DNA from: Acidimicrobiia bacterium
Lineage (GTDB): Bacteria; Actinomycetota; Acidimicrobiia; Acidimicrobiales; CATQHL01
DNA: 64,000 bases
Direction: 5' to 3'
Assembly (NCBI GenBank): GCA_009835395.1
Contig: VXXM01000071.1
Span: 29,396 to 93,395 of the forward strand
Below, piece by piece: positions 17,705 through 25,698 of the stretch (the stretch's first letter is position 1; each line of letters begins with the position of its first letter). The position numbers and the translations under genes were made by a program. The notes under the pieces were generated by a model. The model ran no database searches. It saw only the letters and a list, made by a program, of their open reading frames with translations, and was not told the origin of the DNA.

Positions 17705-19254
17705 ACGTCGGCCTGGCCTTCCGGCGCAACGCCGTGCGCTACCCGCACGGGACCGCGCTGTTCGACGTGGGGCCGCAGCGACGCGACGTGACCTGGGCGG
17801 AGCTGGAGGAGCGGACCAACCGCATCGCCAACACGCTCGCGGGCGCGCTCGGCATCGAGCTCGGGGACCGCGTGGCGCTGCTCGTGGCGAACCGTCCCGA
17901 GGTCGTCGAGGTGCTCGGCGGGATCACCAAAGCCGGAGCCGTCCACGTGGGGCTCAACTTCCGCCTCGGTCCCGTCGAGCTGGACCAGATCGTGGACAAT
18001 GCCCGGCCGCGCCTGCTGCTCTGCGACAGCGAGTACCTCAGCCAGACCGCCGAGGTCGCCGAGAAGTACGGCCTCGAGGTGCTGGACATCGACGGCGAGC
18101 CGTACCGGTCCCTCGTGGCCGCGGGGTCGCCGCGGTCGCCCGCCACGTTGCACGAGGTGCGACCGGGCGACGACTTCTGCATCGTCTACACGAGCGGAAC
18201 GACCGGGCGGCCCAAGGGCGTGCTCTTCGACCATGCCCGCGTCCTGCAGCACGCCACCGTGACGGCGCTGGAATACGAGATCTCCCGCCACAGCCGCTAC
18301 CTGTTGCAGATACCGCACAACTCCAGCGTCAACATCACAATCGTGCCGACGCTGCTCATCGGGGCCGCGCTGGGGTTCCGGGACAGCCGCAGCTTCGAAC
18401 CCCGAGGATTCGCCGAGACGGTCGACCGCCAGGGTGTCACCCACTCGTTCCTGGTACCGACGCAGCTGATGCGCCTGCTGGGGAGCCTGCCGCCGGCAGA
18501 CGACGGCCTGCTGGGCGGGCTGGTGACATTGGGCTACGGCGCATCGCCCATCTCGCCGGAGCGCCTGGGCGAGCTGATCGGCCGTTTCGGCAACGTCTTC
18601 AACCAGCTCTACGGCATGGCCGAGATCGCCTCCATCGGCACGATGCTGCGCAAGGACGACCACCTCCGAGGGCTGACCGAACGTCCGGAGTTGCTGGGTT
18701 CCTGCGGCCAGCCGTCCTACGCCGTGGACGTGCGAGTGGTCGACCCCGACGGCAACGACGTCGCCACGGGGGAGCGGGGCGAGGTCGTCTTCGGCGGGCC
18801 CTATGTCATGAAGGGCTACTACCGGGACCCCGAACGCACCGCCGAGTCGCTGCGGGACGGCTGGATGCACTCCGGCGATGTGGCCACCGTCGACGACGAG
18901 GGGTTCATCTACATCGTCGACCGGCTCAAGAACCTCATCATCCGGGGCGGGCTGAACATCGCCCCCACCGAGATCGAGAACGTGCTGTACCGCCACCCGG
19001 CTGTGCTGGAGTGCTCGGTGGTGGGGGTGCCCGACACCGACTGGGGCGAGGCCATCGTGGCGGTGGCGGTGCTCAAGGAAGGGATGGCGGTCGGCCCCGA
19101 CGAACTGCGGGAGCACTGCCGGCACTCGGAGTTGACCTCGATCAAGGTGCCCGAGCGAGTGGAGCTGATCGACGCCCTGCCGAAGAACGCCGTCGGCAAG
19201 ATCGCCAAGGACGAGATCCGCAAGCGCTACTGGGGCGAGGGGCGCCAGGTGTGA
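17701..19254 (+). CDS. AMP-dependent acyl-CoA synthetase/ligase
   Basis: ATG at 17701 (MNVGLAFRRNAVRYPHGTALFD). Motif IVYTSGTTGRPKGV and C-terminal LPKNAVGKIAK. Confidence 0.85.
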   Translation: MNVGLAFRRNAVRYPHGTALFDVGPQRRDVTWAELEERTNRIANTLAGALGIELGDRVALLVANRPEVVEVLGGITKAGAVHVGLNFRLGPVELDQIVDNARPRLLLCDSEYLSQTAEVAEKYGLEVLDIDGEPYRSLVAAGSPRSPATLHEVRPGDDFCIVYTSGTTGRPKGVLFDHARVLQHATVTALEYEISRHSRYLLQIPHNSSVNITIVPTLLIGAALGFRDSRSFEPRGFAETVDRQGVTHSFLVPTQLMRLLGSLPPADDGLLGGLVTLGYGASPISPERLGELIGRFGNVFNQLYGMAEIASIGTMLRKDDHLRGLTERPELLGSCGQPSYAVDVRVVDPDGNDVATGERGEVVFGGPYVMKGYYRDPERTAESLRDGWMHSGDVATVDDEGFIYIVDRLKNLIIRGGLNIAPTEIENVLYRHPAVLECSVVGVPDTDWGEAIVAVAVLKEGMAVGPDELREHCRHSELTSIKVPERVELIDALPKNAVGKIAKDEIRKRYWGEGRQV

Positions 19255-20552
19255 GCGGCCCCGCGGCCCGGCGCCATCCGCTGGCGGGCATCGCCGTGGC
19301 GGGGGTCGCGGCCACGCGCCAGGCCCGCAGCCTCGACGGCAACTCGATACAGATCTGCCTCGAGGCGGCCCGGGCGGCGCTCGACGACGCCGGCATGACG
19401 ATCGACGAGGTGGACGGCATCTCGGCACGCTGGCCTGGTCCCGGCGGCACCGTCTTCGGGCCCGGCTCGGTGGACTGGACCGCCGTGTTCGGCAAGGGGT
19501 TCGACTGGGTGGGCGACACCTACCCGCAGGGCGCCCCCGGCCTGCTCGACGCCGCCGCCGCCATCCTGGCGGGGCAGTGCTCCACGGTGCTGGTGTTCGG
19601 CGGCCGGGCAGGCGAGTCTGCGGCGGGTTCCCCCGGCGCCGCCACGAGGGCCACTGTTCCGTCGGGCGACGACGCCTCGAGCGCCGCTGTTTCGTCGGGC
19701 GACGACGCCATGAGCGCCGCTGTTTCGTCGGGCGACGACGCCACGAGCGCCGTCGCGAGCTACACGCGGCCCGAGAACGAGTTCGTGGCCTGCTGGGGCT
19801 CGCTCACGGCGGCGCAGTTCGCCCTGGTGGCGCAGGTGTACCTGCACCGGTTTGCCCCCGATCCGGAGCGGATGGCTCTGGTGCCCGCCACGATCCGCAA
19901 CGCGGGGTCCGCCAATCCGGAGGCGGTGATGTACGGGCGAGGCCCCTACGAACCCGCCGACATCCTGGCCTCGCCACCGGTCGCCGAGCCGTTCCGGTTG
20001 CTGGATCTGTGCCTGGCCACCGAGGGTGCCGCCGCCATGGTCGTCACGGGCGTCGAGCGCGCCCGGGACTGCCCGTCGGCGCCTGCGGTGATCCTCGGCG
20101 GGGGCTCGGAGTGGTACCGCCAGCAGTACGTGGATCCGCCCCGCTACGACGACGTGGCCCGGATCGGCGCCGGCGCCTACCGCCGCAGCTTCGGCATGGC
20201 CGGCCTGCGGCCCGGCGACGTGGACGTCTTCGAGCTCTACGACATCTGTACCTTCGAGGTGGTCCGGCAGTTCGAGACTCTGGGCCTCTGCGCCGAGGGC
20301 GAGGGCGTCGACTACCTGGCCGAGGCCGGCATCGGGCTCGACGGCCGGCATCCCACCAACACCGACGGGGGGCTGCTGGCGTACTCGCACGTCGGCTGGG
20401 GCGGGCCGACGCTGAAGATCGTCGAGGCCGTGCGCCAGATCCGCGGCGCCGCCGGGCCCGGGCAGGTCCCCGGCGCCGAGGTGGCCCTGGTGACCGGCGC
20501 CGGCGCGGGGGCCCAGTACCACAACGCGGTGCTGTTGGGAGCCGACCGCTAG
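19251..20552 (+). CDS. thiolase-fold (SCP-x/Ltp-like) protein, apparently lacking the canonical Cys nucleophile
   Basis: GTG at 19251 overlaps the ligase stop as GTGA. It has thiolase-like N- and C-terminal halves (…ILAGQCSTVLVFGG…, …NTDGGLLAYSHVGWGGPT…). It is the usual partner of DUF35 proteins. Confidence 0.7.
   Translation: MSGPAARRHPLAGIAVAGVAATRQARSLDGNSIQICLEAARAALDDAGMTIDEVDGISARWPGPGGTVFGPGSVDWTAVFGKGFDWVGDTYPQGAPGLLDAAAAILAGQCSTVLVFGGRAGESAAGSPGAATRATVPSGDDASSAAVSSGDDAMSAAVSSGDDATSAVASYTRPENEFVACWGSLTAAQFALVAQVYLHRFAPDPERMALVPATIRNAGSANPEAVMYGRGPYEPADILASPPVAEPFRLLDLCLATEGAAAMVVTGVERARDCPSAPAVILGGGSEWYRQQYVDPPRYDDVARIGAGAYRRSFGMAGLRPGDVDVFELYDICTFEVVRQFETLGLCAEGEGVDYLAEAGIGLDGRHPTNTDGGLLAYSHVGWGGPTLKIVEAVRQIRGAAGPGQVPGAEVALVTGAGAGAQYHNAVLLGADR
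19653..19751 (+). repeat. in-frame 33-bp tandem repeat, 3 copies, inside the thiolase-fold gene
   Basis: Copies at 19653-19685, 19686-19718 and 19719-19751, differing at only a few bases. They encode (V/A)SSGDDA(S/M/T)SAA units. Confidence 0.9.
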
Positions 20553-20564
20553 CGCGGCGGCCGG

Positions 20565-21722
20565 CTAGGCGCGCTGGTTGAAGCGGCGGTTCAGGTATTC
20601 CGAGACGATCCGCACCTTCTGGATGGTGGGCGTGCCGCCGGCGATGGCCCAGCCGTGGGAGTCGCGCAGGCGCCGCTCGATGCCGTACTCCTCGCTGTAG
20701 CCGTAGCCGCCGTGCAACTGCACGGCCACGTCGGCCACCTTCTTGGCCATCTCGTTGGCGAAGCACTTGGCCATGGACGCCTCGAGGGTGCGGGGAGCGC
20801 CGCGGCCCGCCCGCGCCGCCGCACGGTAGATCAACAGCCGGGCCGCTTCGACCTGCAGGATGATCTCCGCGAGCGCGGTCTGCACCGTCTGGAACTCCAC
20901 GATCTCCTTGCCGAACTGCCGGCGCTCGGTGACGTACGCGGCACAGAGATCCAGGCATGCCTGTCCGATGGCCAGGCTCATCGTGGCGTTGCCGAGCCGT
21001 TCGATCGAGAACGCCGTGAAGAGGCGCCCGAAGCCGCCGGCGTCGATGATGAGGTTCCCCGCCGGCACGGCCACGTCGTCGAAGAACATGTCCGCCGAGG
21101 GGATGCCTCGGAAGCCCATGAGGCGCTCCTGGGGGCCGTACGTGAGCCCATCGGAGTCTCGGTCCACGACCAGCGCCCCGATGGCGCGGGCGCCGCGCTC
21201 GTCGTTCAGGCGCACGTACACCAGGTACTGCTCGGCGTGTCCCGCCCCCGAGCACCAGCGCTTCGTGCCGTTGATGACGTAGTGGTCGCCCTGCCGCACC
21301 GCGGCGGTGGTCATGTCGGTGGCGGCCGAGCCGGCGTCGGGCTCGGAGATCGTGATCGCCATCGTCACCTCGCCGGCGGCGACGGGCGGGAGCAGGCGCT
21401 GCTTCTGTTCGGGTGTGCCGAAGAGGTCCACGACCCGCGCCGGGCCGGTGTTGGCCTCGAAGACACCGAACGCCGCCGTCGGGGCGGCCTTGGCAAGTTC
21501 CTCGATGACGATGAGGGAGTCCAGCAGGTCGGCACCGCCGCCCCCGTACTCCGTTGGCAGGCCCATGCCCATGTAGCCCAACTCGGCCAAGCGACGCCGC
21601 TCGGCGTCGGGGAAGGGCGTGCGCTCGGCGTCCCAGGCCGCGGCCTGCGGCTCGTACAGGTCGGCGGCGAGCGCGGCGACGGTCTCCCGCAGCGCCTCCT
21701 GCTCGGGCGTCAGGTCGATCAC
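20565..21722 (-). CDS. acyl-CoA dehydrogenase
   Basis: GTG at 21720-21722 (VIDLTPEQEALRETV...) overlaps the upstream stop as GTGA. Motifs ITISEPDAGSA and GGYGYSEEYGIERRLRD are present. Confidence 0.85.
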   Translation of the reverse strand: MIDLTPEQEALRETVAALAADLYEPQAAAWDAERTPFPDAERRRLAELGYMGMGLPTEYGGGGADLLDSLIVIEELAKAAPTAAFGVFEANTGPARVVDLFGTPEQKQRLLPPVAAGEVTMAITISEPDAGSAATDMTTAAVRQGDHYVINGTKRWCSGAGHAEQYLVYVRLNDERGARAIGALVVDRDSDGLTYGPQERLMGFRGIPSADMFFDDVAVPAGNLIIDAGGFGRLFTAFSIERLGNATMSLAIGQACLDLCAAYVTERRQFGKEIVEFQTVQTALAEIILQVEAARLLIYRAAARAGRGAPRTLEASMAKCFANEMAKKVADVAVQLHGGYGYSEEYGIERRLRDSHGWAIAGGTPTIQKVRIVSEYLNRRFNQRA

Positions 21723-22453
21723 GCCGGGACGGTCCGGTAGAGGTCCCACATGTCGTAGAACAGTCGCCCTGTCTCCAGCGTGCAGTGGTATACCGCGTCG
21801 CGCTGGGCGGGCGTGCGGGCGTACTCCGAGACGATCTCGATGCCCTCGTCGCCGTGCTCGGCGTCGGCGAGGATGTGCATGGTCCAGAAGATCAGGTCCT
21901 CGTCGCTCATGCCGTAGTTCTGCTTCTGGGCCGCCACGATGCGGGTGAAGGTGTCGGGGACGAAGGACTCCAGGCCGATGCCGATGGCGGCCAGCGGCAC
22001 GCACCAGTCCCGGCACAGTCCCATGAACTCGAAGTACTCCGTGAGCCGGCGCCCGGCGGGCAGCTGCTCGGCGCGGCGCATGGCGTCGGTGTCGCCGCCG
22101 AGCGCCGCGCCCCATTCCAGGAGAAGCTCGGGGTGGGCCTTGGTGCCGGTCTCGATGCCCATGCACTCCTCGGCCAGGTTCTTGACCAGGGTGGTGCGCA
22201 CGTCCTCGTGGGGGCAGTTGACGTAGATGGCCCCGATCCACGGAAGCATGCGCGAGATGTGCAGGTAGAACTGCTCGCAGAAAAGCACAAGCTGCGGGAC
22301 CGTGACGCTGCCGTCCTCCATGGCGGACACGACCGGGTGGTCGCCCATGCCGGTGCCGGGCTTGGAGAGTTCGGCCCGGAGCAGCCCCACGAAGTCCTCC
22401 GGTGTCATCGCGGCGAGTTCTGCTGTGCTCGGTGCGGTTGCTGTGATTGTCAT
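21719..22453 (-). CDS. heme-oxygenase-like di-iron (HDO; TenA/PqqC/CADD-fold) protein
   Basis: ATG at 22451-22453, about 10 nt after GGAGG. All-helical, 244 aa, with candidate ligand set NLAEE...AH, GLES and MHILADAEHGDEG. Confidence 0.6.
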   Translation of the reverse strand: MTITATAPSTAELAAMTPEDFVGLLRAELSKPGTGMGDHPVVSAMEDGSVTVPQLVLFCEQFYLHISRMLPWIGAIYVNCPHEDVRTTLVKNLAEECMGIETGTKAHPELLLEWGAALGGDTDAMRRAEQLPAGRRLTEYFEFMGLCRDWCVPLAAIGIGLESFVPDTFTRIVAAQKQNYGMSDEDLIFWTMHILADAEHGDEGIEIVSEYARTPAQRDAVYHCTLETGRLFYDMWDLYRTVPA

Positions 22454-22527
22454 GTGAGGTGCCTCCGGAGGTCGGATGGAGTGGACGGTTGTTCGGTTCG
22501 GTTCGTGGGTCGGGAGGAGCCTGCCGC

Positions 22528-23754
22528 TCAGGGTGCCTTGGTGAAGATCACCGGGTAGCGCCCGAAGTAGGGCCGCGTGGTGGACGCGTCCATCTCGGGC
22601 GGGTCCTCGGGATCGGGGACGCAGCCGTGATCGAACATGGTCTGTACCGCCACCGGCGTGACGCCGAACAGATGCCCATCGAGACCGGTCTCCGCGTCGA
22701 GGACGATGCCCGCGGCCAGGTCCTGGCCGATGCAGGCGTGCATGCCCATGCCGAAGCTGAGACCCCACGGGTGCGCTCCCTCGGGGACCTCCCGCAGCGG
22801 GTTGAAGTCCTCAGCGTCGTCGCCGAAGACCGCCGGATCGCGGTTCACTGTGGGCAGGTCGATGACAACCTTGTCACCGGCGCGGACGGCGGTGCCGTCG
22901 GCGAGTTCCACATCGGCCTCCGCCCATCGCACCGCCACGGGGCTGGAGGGCTGCAGCCGGATCGTCTCGTGGGTGGCGCGCTGGCAGAAGAGCCGATCCT
23001 GGCGCGGCTGCTCGGCGGACTCGGGGTGCTCCTCGAGCCAACTGAAGATGTTGTGCATCGCCCGGGTGAAGGCAGTGGCACTGGTGTGTGCCCCGGCCAG
23101 CATGTAGAAGGCCACCTCCCGGCAGATGATCTCCGGGGTGAGGTCCAGGTTGTCCTGGTTGCGTACCAGGACGCTCAGCACGTCAGGGGGCAGCTCGGAC
23201 TCCTCCGCCGCGCCGGCCGCGATCCGGTCCAGGACGCCCTGGCGGCGTTCGATGCCCGGCACCAAGAACTCCTCGTGGAAGGCCTGCACGGCGGCACGGA
23301 TCTCCGCCGACTTGGCCTCCTTGTCGCCCGTGTAGTGCGCGATCGTGGCGCCCTCGATGAACAGCATGAGGTAGTCGTAGAGCCGGAAGGTCTCCTCGGG
23401 GGTTCCCTCGGGGCGGTCCACGCCGGCGGTGAGCGCGGCGAGGTTCATCATCAGCTGATGGCTGAAGCGCACCAGCTCGGTGCGTCCCGCCGCCAGGTGC
23501 GGTGCCAGCGTCTCGTCGAAGATGACCGGGAACAGGTCCTGCTCGTAGTGCCAGAAGGTGTCGCGCCGGAACAGGCGGTTCTCGAGGCGGCGACGGTTGC
23601 GGTGCTCGGCTCCGTGCAGGTTGATCAACACGTCGGCCATGACGACGTCGCCCTCGTCGTAGGAACCCTGGCGCAGGTCGCGGTTGCGGTAGCACTGCTG
23701 CGCCGCGGCGTAGGTCTCGATGGTGACGGTCCGGGGGGTGGTGGTCGAGGTCAT
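22528..23754 (-). CDS. cytochrome P450 (paralog 1)
   Basis: 408 aa. Heme-thiolate loop FGMGMHACIGQDLA, I-helix-like AGAHTSA, and an ETIRL K-helix. Confidence 0.9.
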   Translation of the reverse strand: MTSTTTPRTVTIETYAAAQQCYRNRDLRQGSYDEGDVVMADVLINLHGAEHRNRRRLENRLFRRDTFWHYEQDLFPVIFDETLAPHLAAGRTELVRFSHQLMMNLAALTAGVDRPEGTPEETFRLYDYLMLFIEGATIAHYTGDKEAKSAEIRAAVQAFHEEFLVPGIERRQGVLDRIAAGAAEESELPPDVLSVLVRNQDNLDLTPEIICREVAFYMLAGAHTSATAFTRAMHNIFSWLEEHPESAEQPRQDRLFCQRATHETIRLQPSSPVAVRWAEADVELADGTAVRAGDKVVIDLPTVNRDPAVFGDDAEDFNPLREVPEGAHPWGLSFGMGMHACIGQDLAAGIVLDAETGLDGHLFGVTPVAVQTMFDHGCVPDPEDPPEMDASTTRPYFGRYPVIFTKAP

Positions 23755-23781
23755 GATCGGCGCCTCATGGTAGGGAGTGCA

Positions 23782-24141
23782 TCAGAAGTCGGCGTCGTCG
23801 AGGGCGACGGTCTGGTGGACGATGAATCCGCCGGCGGTGGTGAACGTGTCGCACCCGGACGTGCCGTCGCCGGGACCCCCGGCGATGCGCCAGCGCACCG
23901 AGACGCTCCCGTCGCTGTGGTGGCGTCGCTCGCCGAAGACCACCTCGCCGCCTCCGAGGCGCTCGGGGACCGACGTGAAGTACTCGGCGATCACCGCCGC
24001 GCCGTCGTACGACGCGTCGTGGCGAACGAGCATCGCGCCGGGGGCATAGTCGGACGCCATGGCGACCGGGTCGCCGGTGAGGACCGCGGTGAGGTGGTCC
24101 TCGACGACCTGGCGGGTGCTGCGCCCGGCGAGCTCAGTCAT
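23782..24141 (-). CDS. SnoaL/NTF2-like fold protein
   Basis: 119 aa, with size and pattern typical of SnoaL-like polyketide cyclase/isomerase-fold proteins (VVEDHLTAVLTGDPVAMASDYAPGAML...). 8-nt overlap with the upstream SDR. Confidence 0.5.
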   Translation of the reverse strand: MTELAGRSTRQVVEDHLTAVLTGDPVAMASDYAPGAMLVRHDASYDGAAVIAEYFTSVPERLGGGEVVFGERRHHSDGSVSVRWRIAGGPGDGTSGCDTFTTAGGFIVHQTVALDDADF

Positions 24142-24898
24142 GCGTGACCCCCAGCCCCAGCCCTCCGTCCACCACCAGCACCTCGCCGGTGGTCCACTCG
24201 GCCCGTGCCAGGTACTCGAAGGCCTCGGCGATCTCGGCGGCGGTGCCGATGCGGCCGAGTGCGTGTGCCCCGGACATGGCCGCCAGCCGGGCCGCGGCCT
24301 GCTCGTCGTCGAAGAGGCCGGCCCGCTGGTTGATCTCGGTCAGCACCGCGCCGGGACGCACGCAGCCCACCCTGATGCCCTGGGGGCCCAGTTCGGCGGC
24401 AAGCACGCCGGTGAGTGTCTCGATGGCGCCCTTGGTGGCAGCGTACGGCGCCACGCCCGGGAAGCTGCGCTTGGTGTGCACCGAACCCACGAAGAGCACG
24501 CACCCCCTGCTGGCGCGCAGATGCGGCACCGCCAGGCCGCACAACATCATTCCCGCCACCACGTTGCTGTGGAAGAGTTCCAGCAGCCGGTCCTCCTCCA
24601 GTTGCTCCACGGGTCCCCGGTACATGTTCCCGGCGTTGTTGATGAGCACATCCAGGCGCTCGCCGCCGTGGCTGACGGCGGCGCGGATCATGCGCTCCCG
24701 GTCGGCGGTCACCGTGACGTCACCCGCCACCGCGCAGCAGCGCTCGCCGAGCCGGCCCGCCACCGCCTCCACCTTCTCGGCCCGCCGGCCGGTGATGGTC
24801 ACCGACGCCCCGGCCGCGACGAAGTGCTCGGCCGCTCCCTCGCCGATGCCCGACCCGCCCCCGGTGATCAGCACCGACATGCCCTCTGTGGGTCTCAT
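24134..24898 (-). CDS. short-chain dehydrogenase/reductase (SDR)
   Basis: ATG at 24896-24898 overlaps the upstream stop as ATGA. Motifs ITGGGSGIG, NNAG and YAATK. Confidence 0.85.
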   Translation of the reverse strand: MRPTEGMSVLITGGGSGIGEGAAEHFVAAGASVTITGRRAEKVEAVAGRLGERCCAVAGDVTVTADRERMIRAAVSHGGERLDVLINNAGNMYRGPVEQLEEDRLLELFHSNVVAGMMLCGLAVPHLRASRGCVLFVGSVHTKRSFPGVAPYAATKGAIETLTGVLAAELGPQGIRVGCVRPGAVLTEINQRAGLFDDEQAAARLAAMSGAHALGRIGTAAEIAEAFEYLARAEWTTGEVLVVDGGLGLGVTHD

Positions 24899-25698
24899 GA
24901 CGCCGCCGACCGTCCCGGAGTGCGGGCTGCGTCGCCGACGCCGTCCACGCTGGCCGGCCGTGGCAGTTGCGAGAGGATCGACATCGTGATGCCGCCGTCG
25001 ACGAGCAGCGTCTGGCCGCACACGTAGTCGGCGTCGGGGGAGGCGAGCCAGAGGACCGCCTTGGCGATGTCGGAGGTGCTGCCGAGTCGCCCGGCGGGCA
25101 CGGCCAGCTCGCGCTCGGCGCGCAGCACGGGGTCGACGTTGATGGGCGCCGACATCCCGCCGTCGATGAGGCCCGGGGCCACGCAGTTGACCCTGATCCC
25201 GAACCGCGACCACTCCAGCGCCATCTGCTGGGTCAGCATGATGATGCCCGCCTTCGTGGAGGCGTAAGCGCCGGCGTTGGGTCCGGGGACGGTGCCGTTC
25301 ATCGACGCCATGTTCACGATCCGGCCGCCCCCGGCGGCGGCCATGCGTCGCGCCGCCGCCCGGCCGCACAGGAACGTGCCGACGAGGTTGACAGCCACGA
25401 CGGCCCGGAAATCTTCGGCGCCGTGTTCCAGCAGCGGGCCGAAGCGGACGATGCCGGCGTTGTTGACGAGCACGTCGGGGGTGCCGAAGCTGTCGAGCGC
25501 GGCCTCGATCTCGTCCTCCTCGCTGACCGAGGCCGCCAACGCCGCCGCGCCGTTGATCTCGCCGGCGACGCGCCGCGCGCCGGTGCCGTCGGTGTCCAGG
25601 ACGCCGACGCGGTAGCCCGCAGCCCCCGCCAGGCGGGCGATCTCGGCGCCGATGCCGGCGGCTCCGCCGGTCACGAGTAGCGAACGGTCGGCTGTCAT
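24895..25698 (-). CDS. short-chain dehydrogenase/reductase (SDR)
   Basis: ATG at 25696-25698 overlaps the P450 stop as ATGA. Motifs VTGGAAGIG, NNAG and YASTK. Confidence 0.85.
   Translation of the reverse strand: MTADRSLLVTGGAAGIGAEIARLAGAAGYRVGVLDTDGTGARRVAGEINGAAALAASVSEEDEIEAALDSFGTPDVLVNNAGIVRFGPLLEHGAEDFRAVVAVNLVGTFLCGRAAARRMAAAGGGRIVNMASMNGTVPGPNAGAYASTKAGIIMLTQQMALEWSRFGIRVNCVAPGLIDGGMSAPINVDPVLRAERELAVPAGRLGSTSDIAKAVLWLASPDADYVCGQTLLVDGGITMSILSQLPRPASVDGVGDAARTPGRSAAS

Noticed and set aside
17679-19250. The 957-aa ORF 17679-20552, which suggests a ligase-thiolase fusion.
   Set aside because: Its first 524 codons lie in a different frame from the motif-bearing ligase (17701-19254) and translate to Arg/Pro/Gly-rich nonsense. 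The thiolase-fold gene starts at the GTGA junction at 19251.
22470-22510. GTTCG x3 micro-repeat (GGTTGTTCGGTTCGGTTCG) between P450-1 and the HDO gene, and the similar GGTTCGGTTG at 12341, as regulatory motifs.
   Set aside because: They are very short, and one overlaps an RBS/start context. There is no palindromic structure or second line of evidence.
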